A stretch of 62,673 nucleotides of DNA, filler included. It is 6 parts of 6 records of this genome, joined end to end, with 100 filler letters (N's around TTAATTAATTAA, not from the genome) between each part and the next. Parts side by side here need not be neighbours in the genome. Positions count along the whole stretch, not along the records: positions 42,190 to 51,990 come from SRR20825019_2846; positions 52,091 to 62,673 come from SRR20825019_2855; 4 more parts are not named here. One strand, written 5' to 3'. A program made the translations under genes and the position numbers. A model generated the notes under the pieces. That model searched no databases, was not told where the DNA came from, and saw nothing but the letters and a program-made list of their open reading frames with translations. Below, one piece after another: positions 45,828-57,900 of this stretch (the stretch's first letter is position 1; the number at the start of each line of letters is the position of its first letter).

Positions 45828-46422
45828 TACAATAAATTCGTTGCATAGGAACTCAGAATAGTGAGTATCCCACTGGCATTCGCTCGAGTCCCAACACAAA
45901 ACGGTACGCAACAGTGATCAAACTTCCTGAAATAGAATTATTCGGATTCTTCAGTCCCGCGGTACGAACTGACAGTTGGCCTCGATTAGAGATATCAAAT
46001 CGATCTGAACGTTGCTCCAGCTCTTCACACGGGGGCGGTATGCATCGGCAGTTCAACGTTTCAGGCTCCCAGTGAATGAGTTACACGCGCCCGCAGCGCG
46101 CAGCTGGAGTTCCGTGCCCGGCAATGAGCGGGTCCGAGTGGGCCCCGGGCGGAGCGCCGTGCGCCGGGCCCGCCGCACGTCCCCGCTGTTCGCCTCCCGG
46201 GGCCGCCCCAGGTTAGCCCCCCCCCGATGTTGTTGAGCGCCCAGCCGTGACCCCAGCCGAGAACCCGCGCCCCCCGGTGGCGACCACAAGCTCAGACAAC
46301 CTAGGGGCCTGGGGCAGCGGCGGTGGGGCTTGACATATTTACCTTAGCACTAAAATGGGATTAACGTTAATAGACCTCCAATAGTTTCGACGTAAGCAGC
46401 ACACCTAGGAATACGTCGCAAG

Positions 46423-49400
46423 ATGAGCGAGGATGGTGGGTCGCCAGCGCACGGGCATGGGAAAGGACCATACAGCTCTCCGACAAACAGTCCCTCGCTA
46501 TCCGCAGTCGCTGCCAGCTTTGCCGGTAGGAGCACCACCGACCCTACGGAGGATGCCCCGGAACTTTATGAGCACGAGAAGTTGCGTACTCAGTTATCAA
46601 CCGAAGCTCCACTTGGCGACGAAGAAGCTCGAGAGTTGCCGGGAAAGACCAAAAAAAGTGGTATCGTTCGGCGAGCTTCGGCTTGCATTAGGGCTGTGGA
46701 TTTCCCCGAGAAACAGGTGGCACGGCTACAGGTGAATTCCATCAGAGATGTCCGGCTCAGAGACTTTGTTGTGTCGGACTACTGCGCAATGCAGTTTTGC
46801 TCAGCGCTGAAAGTCAACAGGTCAGCCCGATCCATTGACGTGTTTGGGGCAAAAATTAGCTCCCACGGCCTCAACTTAATCTTGGAGGGGCTCCATACAA
46901 ACGCATTCGTTACAAAGCTTTTTATCGACGACTTCAAAATGGACGAGGAAAACTTCAAGGCGCTATCCAGACTTCTTGAGGTAAACGTCACCCTCCACAC
47001 GCTTCGCCTGAAGAATGTGGGACTGGGCTTGCAGGGGGCACAACACCTTGGCAAAAGCATGGTAGTGAACAACTATCTGCGCTCACTCGCGATCACCAAC
47101 AACTCGGTAGGTTCGGAGGGTCTAGCGGCCCTCTTTGATGGGCTTTTGCATCAAGAGACGGAGTCTGTGCAGACACTGGATCTCCGCCGATGCGACCTTC
47201 TGGACGAGGATTACAAGAACCTGTCCAACTATATTGAAAACTCAACCTGCCTCCAGGAACTCTGGTTGGACTTCAACCGAATGACAAAGCCCGGTGCTGA
47301 GGCTTTGCGGAGTGCTATGGTAGGGCGTCAAGCTAAGCTTCAGTGCCTTCACCTGAACTGGAGCAAAGTCGACGATGATGCAGCTGTCGCGTTGTCTCAG
47401 GCTGTTGCCGTATCTGACAGCCTGGTCTCTGTGAACCTGGACGGAAATCTCATTACCGATGTCGGATTCGAGGCTCTTGTCAAGGCAGCCAGCGAGCGGT
47501 CTGGCTTTCGCATCCTCAGTGTAAACAACAATTGCGTGACTGATGATGGCATCAAGCGCGTCGCCGGGCATCTGATCCTGTCCAATAGCCTGCACACGCT
47601 CAATCTGAAGGAAAATCTCATTGGTGTGGAGGGTTTCGTCCTGATGTGTGAGGTAATGCAGCGCAACATGACCATCAGGAACCTTACGCTCAAGGGAAAC
47701 AAATTCCAAGGGATTCATTGCGGCACGTTGGAAGATACCTTGGTGAACAGTGATGAGAGGGCGGGAGATATTGGGGCATTGTTGGAAGTTGTGGATCGTG
47801 AGGATCTTGCCCTGAGCGAGGGAGAGGAGGAGGCCAACAACGGGGAGCTGCATGGTGATGGTAATATGAAAATTGCGGACAAGATTTCAAGGGCTTCCGC
47901 GATGTGGCATAGGGCCAAGGCGCAGTCCCAGGCCTCTACTGGCAAAGTTCTGAGGCGATTGGAAGAGGCACAAATCCGAATGAAAGACTTGGAGGCAGAA
48001 CTGGAAGCGGTGAAGAAAGAGCTTGCCAGCGAGAAAGAGGAGAACCGTCCTATGAAGGATAATCTGAAGAAGACACTCCATGCGAATAGGGATCTGCAGG
48101 GCAAGCTTTCAGATGTGTCCGTAGACATGGAAAGTCTGAAGTCTGAGAATAAGAAGCTGTTGGCACAGCAGGAGGGGCTGTGGACGGCATCGAAGGAGTT
48201 CAAGGATGAGATTACGGAGGAGAATAATGCGCTCAAGAGTCGTGCAGAGATAGCAGAACGCAAGGCTCGGCAGTTGGAGCGGGAGAAAGGGGCGATGATA
48301 GAGGAGATGAGCGCCAGTGGAAACTCTGCAACGGCGATCATTCGTGCTGCACTTGAGGATCCGATAAACATGGCTCAACAGGAAATGAAGAGGGCTCGCA
48401 AGGTAGGTTATTTGTGTAGAATGTATTTCTGGGGATACGTACTCACATTTCATGTGTGTCTGGCAGGCCTTGCTTGAGATGACCCAGAAGAAGGATGACG
48501 AGATTTTGGAGCTGCGGGAGGAGCTCGATCAGCTGCAGCTTAAGGCGCTCGAAGCCGCCGAGACCAAGCGCAAGCTTGACGCTGAGAGATCTCTGTACAA
48601 GGAAATGAAAAATGAATACAAAGCCACACGTGTGGCCCTTGCAAAATCCAGGAATGAGGTGGCGAAGTACCGGAGGATGCTGAAGGAGAACGGTGTCATC
48701 CAAATGCCAGACAGTGAGGAGGCGTGGCAGCGCCTCAGCCCGGCACCGAGGGGCTCGTCTCCTTCCAGGTAGAATACCTGAATGCTGAACCTGAACCAAT
48801 ACCTTTTTCTAACCTAACTTCCCCAAATAGGCACTGCGGCGCATGCGGCGACCACTCGCGTCGTGTGGGATCGGTATCTCCGGTTCCATTTGTTGGCGAT
48901 GATATGGATATGATGAGTTCAGTATCTCCAGATGCTCAATATCACCAGGACACGGTCTCGGACAGAATGAGCACGGCATCGGGCTGGGTATGTTGCCATA
49001 TGGAAGCCTTTGTCATGGCTGCTCACATATTAGCGCAGGGTTCGAGGAGAAGCGTGAAATCCCCCCAATTCCTTGGCATTAATAGCTTCCGCAGTGTGCC
49101 AAGCACTCCTGGAGGCACGCTGGCGGCGTGGCCGCCCCCACCCCCAAGGGTCATGGTCACGGCTGTAAACAACAAACGAGAAGGGATGCTACCGTCATCA
49201 GTTTTCGTGATCGATGCATCCGCAATAGGGGGAAATCCCGCTATGGAGAGGCGGTACCGGGAGTTTGTGTCGCTTCATCACAACTTGGTCAAGCTGCTGA
49301 AGAAACAGCTTCCCCCGGCACTGACCTCCAACAAGCTGCCAGACTTTCCAGAAAAGCAGACGTATGCCTTCTGGAGGCGCATGAGTGTGGATGAGAGTCT

Positions 49401-49815
49401 CAAGCCTGGGGTGGAGAGCTACCTCAACGGTCTGTTGGATCTTGGCCTTCTGAATCCCGACCAGGTCCCCGACAGGCCGATTCTACCCGCGGCATCTAAA
49501 CTCGTCCTCAAGTTCTTCCAGCTCGACGGCTCCAACAGTGAGATCATGTCCATGGCGGACGATATGTCCACTGTCCGTTCGCAGAGAAGTGTGGACCTTG
49601 GGTCCCCTGAGCAGATCCCCGAGGGTGTCGAGGATGGTGCTGCAACGCCGCGGAGCACCTCCTCCAGCGCATTCAGGCCGGTGTCCAACCTTCGCATCAC
49701 GACGGCGAGACAAGTGGCTGGTGTTGTTGCAAACGGAGCCACACCCACCGGTGAACGGCCAGTCAGCCCTGCAGTGACCAAGGCCATGGAGTTTTTACGA
49801 AAGCACAGCAAGTAA
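46423..49815 (+). CDS. RI-like LRR + coiled coil + C-terminal PX-domain protein, spliced
   Basis: ~28-aa LRRs (LxxLxLxxNxI), then heptad region. Introns 48403-48466, 48769-48830 and 48988-49038 join in frame. PX motifs RRYREFVSLH, LPDFPEK, VESYLNGLL, VLKFF. Confidence 0.8.
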
Positions 49816-50004
49816 CCCGTCATGACTAGATTTCCAAAGGATGTTAGCTCATCGCATGCAGGTTTAATCCGCTCGCGTGCGGCCTCGGTATATAAACCCG
49901 TATGAACTTCCTCGTAAATGGTGTACATTGGAGGCGGTCCGCCCCGTGTGTTTTGGCAGTGGGCCGAATGCTTCCGGTCTCTAGAATACCCGTTGCATAG
50001 CGGG

Positions 50005-51388
50005 CTAGGAGGTGGCACTCACTGGGGCTGACTTCCCGTCTTCACCCGAGGCAGCGACTCCCTCCTCTCCATTGTTGATTGGAGCGGCAATTTCCTTGGA
50101 ATCCGGGACACTAAGCTCTGGAGCAGACTTTGCCAGGCCACCAGCCCCTTCCTGCGCAGACCTCTCCGCAAGCCCCACAAGAGTGGCCACCGTCTCACCC
50201 ATGCCCATTGACTTGCCTGCCGCGAACAGCACTGTGTCTTCGATCCCCTCCCGCGACATCTCCGACATCAGCTCACTGCCAGCGTGTCAATTAGTCATGC
50301 ATAGCCGCCCAATTTTAGAAAAAATGCCAACCTGAGCACCCAACGCAACTTCTCCTTCCCCAGCCGATCAATCCTTCCGGCAATGCCCGCCGCGCTGAAG
50401 TCCTGAACCGCACAAAGGAATAAATTAGCACAAACAACTCATGTGATTCGACGTTGCGTACCCTTCTCGCACTGGGCAAGTCATTCGACTTCTTCTTAGC
50501 CTCCTTCAGTTCCCTCCTAAGTCGCTCATTATCCTCGAACAGCTTCGTCATCTGGTACTCAAGGGAGCTCTTCGTTGCCTCGTCCATATCCTCCTCATGC
50601 GGCCGCTTCTCCACTGGCCACTCCTTCTGCTGAGATTGCTGCGCATGAAGCGTTGGTGGTGGATGTTGGGGATATGGCTGTTGATGAGGATAAGGTTGCG
50701 GAGGGGGGTACTGCTGGTGTGGATACGGATACGCTTGTTGTTGCTGAACATGCTGCTGATGTGGCGATAGCATGGTCGAGTATCCGACAGAGGGTGCCGG
50801 GCCTTGATAGGGCGATGGCGATGGTACACCTGTTGGCCCGCCAGTTGGTAAGGTGTGGTTGTGTGGGTACGATAGGGGCACCATCCCGCCCGGGGGCACA
50901 GCCTGGGGTGCGGGATATGGTGAATACGAATTCCCTCCGGAGTGATTAAATGACACGGGTAGACTATCGTGAAGGTAGTCGCGAGAGGCGTCCACGAACA
51001 CAGGCGGCGGCGGAGGATGATTCGTTGGAGAATGCACAAAGGGAATCTCAGGGTGGGCGATGACGTCCTCGTACCGTCCTGGAGACAGCGAGATATGCCG
51101 GGCGGTAGGTGAGGAGCGCATCGTGGATCGAGGGCCTCCATGCTGGGGAGGGCGCACCACAGGCTCAGTCTAGGCGCGACGGCACGCACAGTAAGGTTGC
51201 CTACCTCGTCGCGTCTCCGCCCAGAGTTGACATATGACAGAAGCTCCTCCTGATCCCGCCTCGTAGCCTATCAAGCTGATGTTACTTGGAGTTACGTGAG
51301 GATGGCGTTCACAGCCTACCTTCGACCTTTCCAGTCTTTCATATGCGCTTGTCAAGAATGCGTCAAACGAGCCCCGATGGTCTCCCAT
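50005..51388 (-). CDS. Hypothetical Pro/Gln/His-rich protein with short coiled coil, spliced
   Basis: ATG 51388 (MGDHRGSFDAFL); short GT-AG introns link it in frame to ORF 50315-51160; last exon taken as ORF 50005-50268; coiled coil SLEYQMTKLFEDNERLRRELKE. Confidence 0.6.
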
Positions 51389-51990
51389 GGCTGTTTCAAT
51401 AGTCTGAGTGTGTGTGTAGCGTATGAGACACGTTTTACATGCCATATGTATATATATACAAGATGCCAGCGTTGGTTTGCTATCAGGAGCGGGTAGGGGG
51501 GCGGCTGGGCGCCACCGTGCCACTACGGTCTGCAGGGGCACCGCCATTCCGGTTGGTGCCTGTCATAGGCAAGGCCCGGTCGCTGGGGCGGCCGGTCCGG
51601 GTTGAGCGTAGTGGGTGGCGCGCCGGGGGTCCCTCCTGGGGGCGGGGTCCCGGCCCGCCGGGCCGCGCCGACGCCCGGGGGGCGCCCGCGGGGGGCCGGG
51701 CGCCCCGGCCCGGCCCGAGTCTGAGCGGCCCGGCCCAGGGCCCTGCCGGTCCGGGTCGCCGCGGGAGGCGCGAGTGCCCTGCGGCGTGACGGCGGGCCCC
51801 GGCCGGACCGGGAGTGGCGGAGCGCGCCCGGCCGACGGACGAGCCGGCGCCCGGGACGCGCCCGGCGACCGGACCCCGCGTCTCGGCGGCTCCGCAGTCA
51901 CGGGCGCCGGCCGGCGACCCGGCCGGCCGGCCCGGCCCCGGCGCCCCCCGCCCGGCCGGCGCGGCGGCGCCCCCCCCCCCCCCCCCCCCC

Positions 51991-52090
51991 NNNNNNNNNN
52001 NNNNNNNNNNNNNNNNNNNNNNNNNNNNNNNNNNTTAATTAATTAANNNNNNNNNNNNNNNNNNNNNNNNNNNNNNNNNNNNNNNNNNNN
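51991..52090. other. Artificial contig spacer
   Basis: 44 N + TTAATTAATTAA + 44 N. Confidence 0.98.
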
Positions 52091-54521
52091 GGGGGTGGGG
52101 GGCGATGTCCCGACGGAGTACTTCGACAAGGACGTCGATGAGCTCGATCACATCACGGACGACCAGGTCATGATGCTGCCCTGGGACCCCCTGAGCAAGC
52201 AACCGTCCTTCGCCCGTAACTACTGGCGCCGGCTCAAGCCGATGGGGCAGTCGTCGCTCCCAGCGTACCAGCGCATGGCGGACACGGTATGCGACGGGTC
52301 CGACGTGGTTCAGACGGATCTGATCGTTAGCCGGATCAGGACAGATTTCATCATGCCTAGCGGGACTCTCTTTGTTCACCACGGGATGACGGAGAAGGAA
52401 GCCGAATCGTACATTTGCAGCCAGCACATCGACCGCCGGCTGCGGCTGGCGCTCGGATGCTATATGAATGGAACAGTGTGGGACACCAAGGCCTGCGTCA
52501 CCGAGTATGCCTTCCGGCGGTTCCTGTGCTCGTTTGGCCCGATGGAGCTCCTCTTCGTGCGGGGCCTTCCTCTGCTTGAGAACCAGGTCATCCACTTCAG
52601 TTTCACCCCCGTCACAACGCTTAGCCCGGGGATGGTCACCGATGTGGTGTCGCGACGTGTTCAAAATGCCCGGGGAAAACAGTCGGCTGGGGTGGCCATG
52701 TCCCTGGCCCCCAACAAACCCTTTTGCTTCACTGTTTACCGGAATAGCGTTAAGAGTGCAAGTGAGATGAAGGAGGAGGCGGGGCATCTTGCCAGTAAGT
52801 ACGCGGCGGCCATAGGGGAGCAGCGGGTGATACGGACATACACTATATGCAATGTTGGCCATCGGGGATGGCAATGTGATATGCCGGCGAGGGGCAAGAC
52901 ACCGCGCGGGGGCCGGCGCGATTGGGATGGCGACAGTGCGCCGGTGAGGGTCGGCGGCGGGCAAAGCTCATTCGATACGAGGTCCAGTCGCTCGCCCAGT
53001 CCTAGCCGCGTCAACGTCCCGGTGTCGTCGTCATCGAATCAGTCGGCCGCGCCCGCGCAAGGCGGGCCGATCGATCAGGCCACCCTGGTGACGCGGTCCC
53101 GCAATAGACCTAGCATTCTCACGCCCCTTCCGAAGATGACGGTGGAGCTTCCTGGAGAGGAGTCTGATGGTGACGATATGATGTCACACGGCAGCGGTGA
53201 CGGCCACAGCGACGAGCAGACGAAGACTTTCGTCAAGTCGGTGCTGAGCGGACGGCGATCATCGCGGGCCGATGAGATGATGGGGAGCATGGATCTAGTG
53301 TTGGAGCAAGACCGGCAGCACCAGATCAAACGCAGGAATTCCGTTACGGAGGTTGTGAAGAATGTACTCTCGCGTGCGCAGATAGACTCGGATGGCGAGG
53401 GTAGCCCGGAGCGGAGTCCCTCCAACAGTCGCCGCTCGAGCATCTCTCAGTCCCGCCGTTCCAGCCGGGCTTTGGAGCCGGAGGATTTCGCGTCTCCGCA
53501 AAGTACCGCCCGGCTGAGCCCAGTTAAGGGCCTGACACCGGGGCCCGAGACCAATGTGCTGGCGGCACTGAGAACGGGGCGGTCCGGGGATGACCTCGTG
53601 CGCGTTCGAAGCTCGTCGCTCGGTCGCAGCGACACCTCGCCTATGCCGATGCGGTGCCTTCCCCTGCGCGGTGGGTCCCAGTCGGAGATTGCGCAGCTTC
53701 AACGAGCGTCCACGCAACCCTCGTTCTCAGCCCAGCCGAACGCCCTCCCTACAGGTTCCACCACAGCGACCCAGTCCCGGGCAGAGTCCGATCTCATCCG
53801 GTCCGGGAGGTCGTCCGCGGCTACCTCTCCCGCCTCATGCCTCGAGGGACACGTCGAGCGGCACCTAACCAAGGTCCCGAGCAAGAGTCATTTCATCACG
53901 GTGAAGTCGGTGGAGGATATCCTCCAGGTCCTTGTTGACTGCGGCTATGCCGTCGTGGCCGAGCACATCGCTCCGTTCTATGTCAGTGCCCTCCCCCCGT
54001 CATTCACTATTAACCCGGAGCGGATCCAGCCCTTCAGCTCGGACACGTTTGTCATCATCAAAATCAGCTACGGCGGCGTGGTAATCGACGTCCGCTTCGA
54101 TTATACATACGTCGTAACAGGCCAACCGCTGAAAAAACTCAATCCCTCCATCAAGCAGCCTGCGATCCCGGAGTCCGCCACGGCGGTGTCGTTTCATAGG
54201 GGGGTCTATCGCTGTGCATCAAATCCTTGTTCATCGTACATTCGGATCGTGGAGATAGTGTACCGGACCGTAGGAGCGGACGGGCAAATCGTGGACCGTG
54301 AGTACCACGTGTCGGGCAAGTATAATATCCACACGCTGGTTGCTGTCCAGAGGGACGTGTCTCACGTCAAGATGGAGCTGTCGTTGGACATGGCGTTTGT
54401 CGTGGCGTTTGTCGTGGTACTCGAGGAGATGGTTGAGGACGGGCGCGTTGGAGACGATGTGGACAACGACATGCGGCTCACGATAAGGCCGATGTTTGCG
54501 TTGGAGAAGCACTTTGAGTGA
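52091..54521 (+). CDS. Hypothetical protein, probably 5'-truncated: degenerate EF-hand/SH2-like region, Ser/Arg-rich IDR, C-terminal LOR/Tubby-C-like domain
   Basis: 808-codon ORF from the contig edge. C-terminal beta-rich region ends in the helix DMAFVVAFVVVLEEM. Domain calls are motif-level only. Confidence 0.6.
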
Positions 54522-54906
54522 GGGTGCGGGCTGTGGTGCTCCAAACATGATTGGTGCTGCCTGGATTTTCTGAACCATCGATCCCTGGGGCCGGCCGCAG
54601 CGTCGTTTGTGTCTAGGCCTTCCTTCCACCATTAGAGTGCACATGGCGGTGAGGCGCGCTGCTGTTGGCTGTGTGGACACTGTGATTGTACCAGGGAATA
54701 AACTATGCCCCCCTCGAGAGAAGGCGCACACCTCCAGTCGCAGCGATGGCAGGCGCTCAGCGCCCTCCGGCTCGGTAGTTGACTGGCAACCCAAGTAGCC
54801 TCAGGGGGCGACGATGCCACACTAGTCCTCACAGACCCTGGCATACTCCTCACACACTCGTGCAAGCACATGGCTGATGGCTCATTTACAGACGATGTTG
54901 GACACT

Positions 54907-57900
54907 TCAGTTCGGCGGAAGTGAGTATTCCACAGTGTATACCACCCGTCGCTCGCTGGCCGGAGGCAAGGTCAGGACAAACTCCAGCTGTTGAGGGCCG
55001 GTGATCTGGGAATGGATGGGCCCGCTCAGTTACGACCGCGACACGGCTATTTTAAAAAGAAACTCACCTCGTATGGGACGTTCATTGGCGACGCCACAAG
55101 GGCCCAATTCTTCCATCGTGGGATGGTCTCCTTGATGACTACAGAATATTTGGAGTCTGGGTCGGAATTCTTGATCTTCACCGAGAATGACTCGGTGATA
55201 GTGCGGGACACGACCTGATTCTTTTCCTTGTTCACCACGAGCTTGAAGTCCTCCCGCTTTCTCTCTCCTGTCAGCTTGTCCGCGTCTGGCAAAGACAACA
55301 CAACCTCGTCATCAAGGGGGGTGTGGCCAAGTGTGACTGGCCAAGGATTGGAGCCGTCAGCACATCAGCAACCCAACGCACTACGCGTCCCTCACCGTCA
55401 ACTACGGGGTGGATGACCATTTCTCCATCTCGCTGGGTCCGCTTGAGCACATGGACACTACCCGCGGGCAGTGCCGAGGAGATGCAGTGAACCCCACTTG
55501 AGTCGAAATCAAAGCTGCAGTTCGGGAAGAGAATATATTCTTAGTAACATGATTGCGCCTGACTCAGTTGCCGCGGTTACCTCTGGATGACCTTGACGGC
55601 GCTCGTGCCCTGAACGGTTCCGGTGGACTTCTCCACCCACGGATCTCTGTTTGTGAACGTGGTTGCATTCGGCACCGCTTCGTAAATGTACCTGACCATC
55701 GCACCAAGGTTAGGCCCACTCAGTCGGCCCCACAACTCTACGCCCCACTCACGTTCTCGTGGATGGCACTCGCACGGCGTGTATCAGCTGCAAGTGATTG
55801 CTGCCGCATTTGAGACTGAAGTCCTCACTGAGGCCCAGTGGGTAGACCTTTCATCCCCGTCAGCGACTCCCCCGGCCCATCACATCGCACAGCACGCCCA
55901 CCTCCTTTCCACCTCCAGCACTGCCCTTCTTCTTCCGTTTGCCGTAGCTTGACGGCATGCACTTCTTCTTGGAGTATTTAGAGTAACCGCGGTAGGCCGA
56001 GCCATATCCCCCGTGGCTCTGGCCCCAGGTGTCTAGAACAAGAGCCGCCTGGTCAAACTGGAAACCGGTGACATTAGTGATACTTAACGACCCTAAGCAA
56101 ACGAGGGTCAGGGTGTGGTTGACAGGTGTCCACGCTCTGTTTGTTTACCATAGAAGTCCAGAAGCTGGTCGCTGGTGGAGGAGCCCTCGTCAATGATACA
56201 GCGGTAGGAATGGTTCCAGCGAATGTTTTCGATCTGCACCGGCCGCTTCAGTCAACTCAAATATCGACACCGGTGTGCCCATGGCTGCATCCGGTCGCGT
56301 GGTCTTACCTCGTAGGACATCTCCAGTAGCGCCGTCTGCTCGCGTGTGGGCCCGCCCCTCCCTGCACAACAATCAATCCACCGGCCATCACCGCACTGTG
56401 TTTGCTCACCGCTCGGGTTGTTGCAGGTGTAGTGGCAAAGTACCCTCGAGCTGAAATCGGCGATTGAGTCAAGGTTGTCCCTGCTGCAGTTGGCCGTGCT
56501 GACAATGCGCATAGTGCTCTGGCCGCTAATGAATGCTTCCCACGCGAAGGAGCGGATGCTGCGGCGTACAGTGAGACGGGCTGGTTTGAGACAAAAGCTA
56601 GTTGGAGACACAAAGGCTCCTACCTGTCTCCTTCAAAAAGACCACTGTGCGACCCGGATGGCGAGGATCCCCCCTCGACCTGGAAATTATCGATGCGTTA
56701 ATACCACCCGGCCACACAGTGCAAACATTGTGCGCACCTTGACCAAGATGCTCCTCTCATCGTGCCCTACGATCGTGCCGGTGACCGGGTCCTCGCCCTT
56801 TCCGCTACTGATAGTCACCTGAGCTCCATCCATCGTCGATATCACCTGCTTGAAGCTGGAGGCGGCATGGCCCCGGGCCTCACTGCCGTGCACATTGAAC
56901 AGCAACCCTTCACGAGACGCGACGCGGAAGGTAGCGGAAGTCATGTCGAGGCCGCTGGGGACACGGTCGAAGACCACGGTATTCGTTGCCTCATAGCCAG
57001 CGCGATCCTTGCCCGCTGACCCTTCCACAGCAAGCTTCATCTCACGGGCATCGCTAACGATGGCCGCCCTGTGGTGGAAGACATTCAACGTGACCCCAGG
57101 ACGGCGCGGGCACGCATCGAGCACTTCTAAAAATAGAAACACAGTGAGATTCGCCTGCCCCGGCGCTGAGCTACCACGTACCTTGTTCATCGTCTTCGTC
57201 GACATCGGCATCCCCGCCATCCTCGTCCACGGAATCGACAGTATCCTCCGGCGGGGCGATGCGGGACGACGTCGTCACTGCATCGCCAGTGTGGTCAATG
57301 TCCGAACGCCGCGCGGGCCTGGCCGGCTCCAGTTGTGGAGTCGAAGGCCCTGGGACCGGCACATCCGTGTCAGCTTGGTCCTCTGAAATGGCCACATCTG
57401 CTACTATCGGAACAGGAGGATCCGACACATCTCCTTCGTCCGTAGTCCATCCATGAACTCCACCGGGGCTAGCTGGGGCCGCTGGCTGGGCAGCAGAAGC
57501 GGTGGCGGCCCGTCCACCCCTTGCCGACCGCGGCCTGTGAGCACCTCCCCGGCTGGTGGTACTCGATGTCGCGCGAGTGGGCCCCGTCCGAGTCGGCCGC
57601 GTGCGAGGCGCGGCCGTGCTGGGGCGCGCCGTCGCCGGGGCTGTACGGACTGGCGCGGCCGGGCGTGTTTGGCGGGCGGTGGCCGGCCGCGCAGCGGGAC
57701 GGGATGTGGTTGCCTGGGTGGCCGTCCGCGGGGCCGCCCGTGCCGTGGTAGTGGACCGGTTCGATGCAGCAGCTGCACCTCTTGCCTGCCGCCGCGTGGC
57801 GGTGCGTCCACCCGCGCGTGTATTATGGCTGTTTGTTCCGGCCGCCGAAACGCTGTCCACGGGGGCCGGGGCCAGCGCAGGGCTGGAGTCATCTTCTGGA

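Noticed and set aside
51423-52046. Gly/Arg/Pro/Ala-rich ORFs in GC islands (also 59373-60765)
   Set aside because: Stop codons are rare at extreme GC; overlapping low-complexity ORFs occur in all frames.
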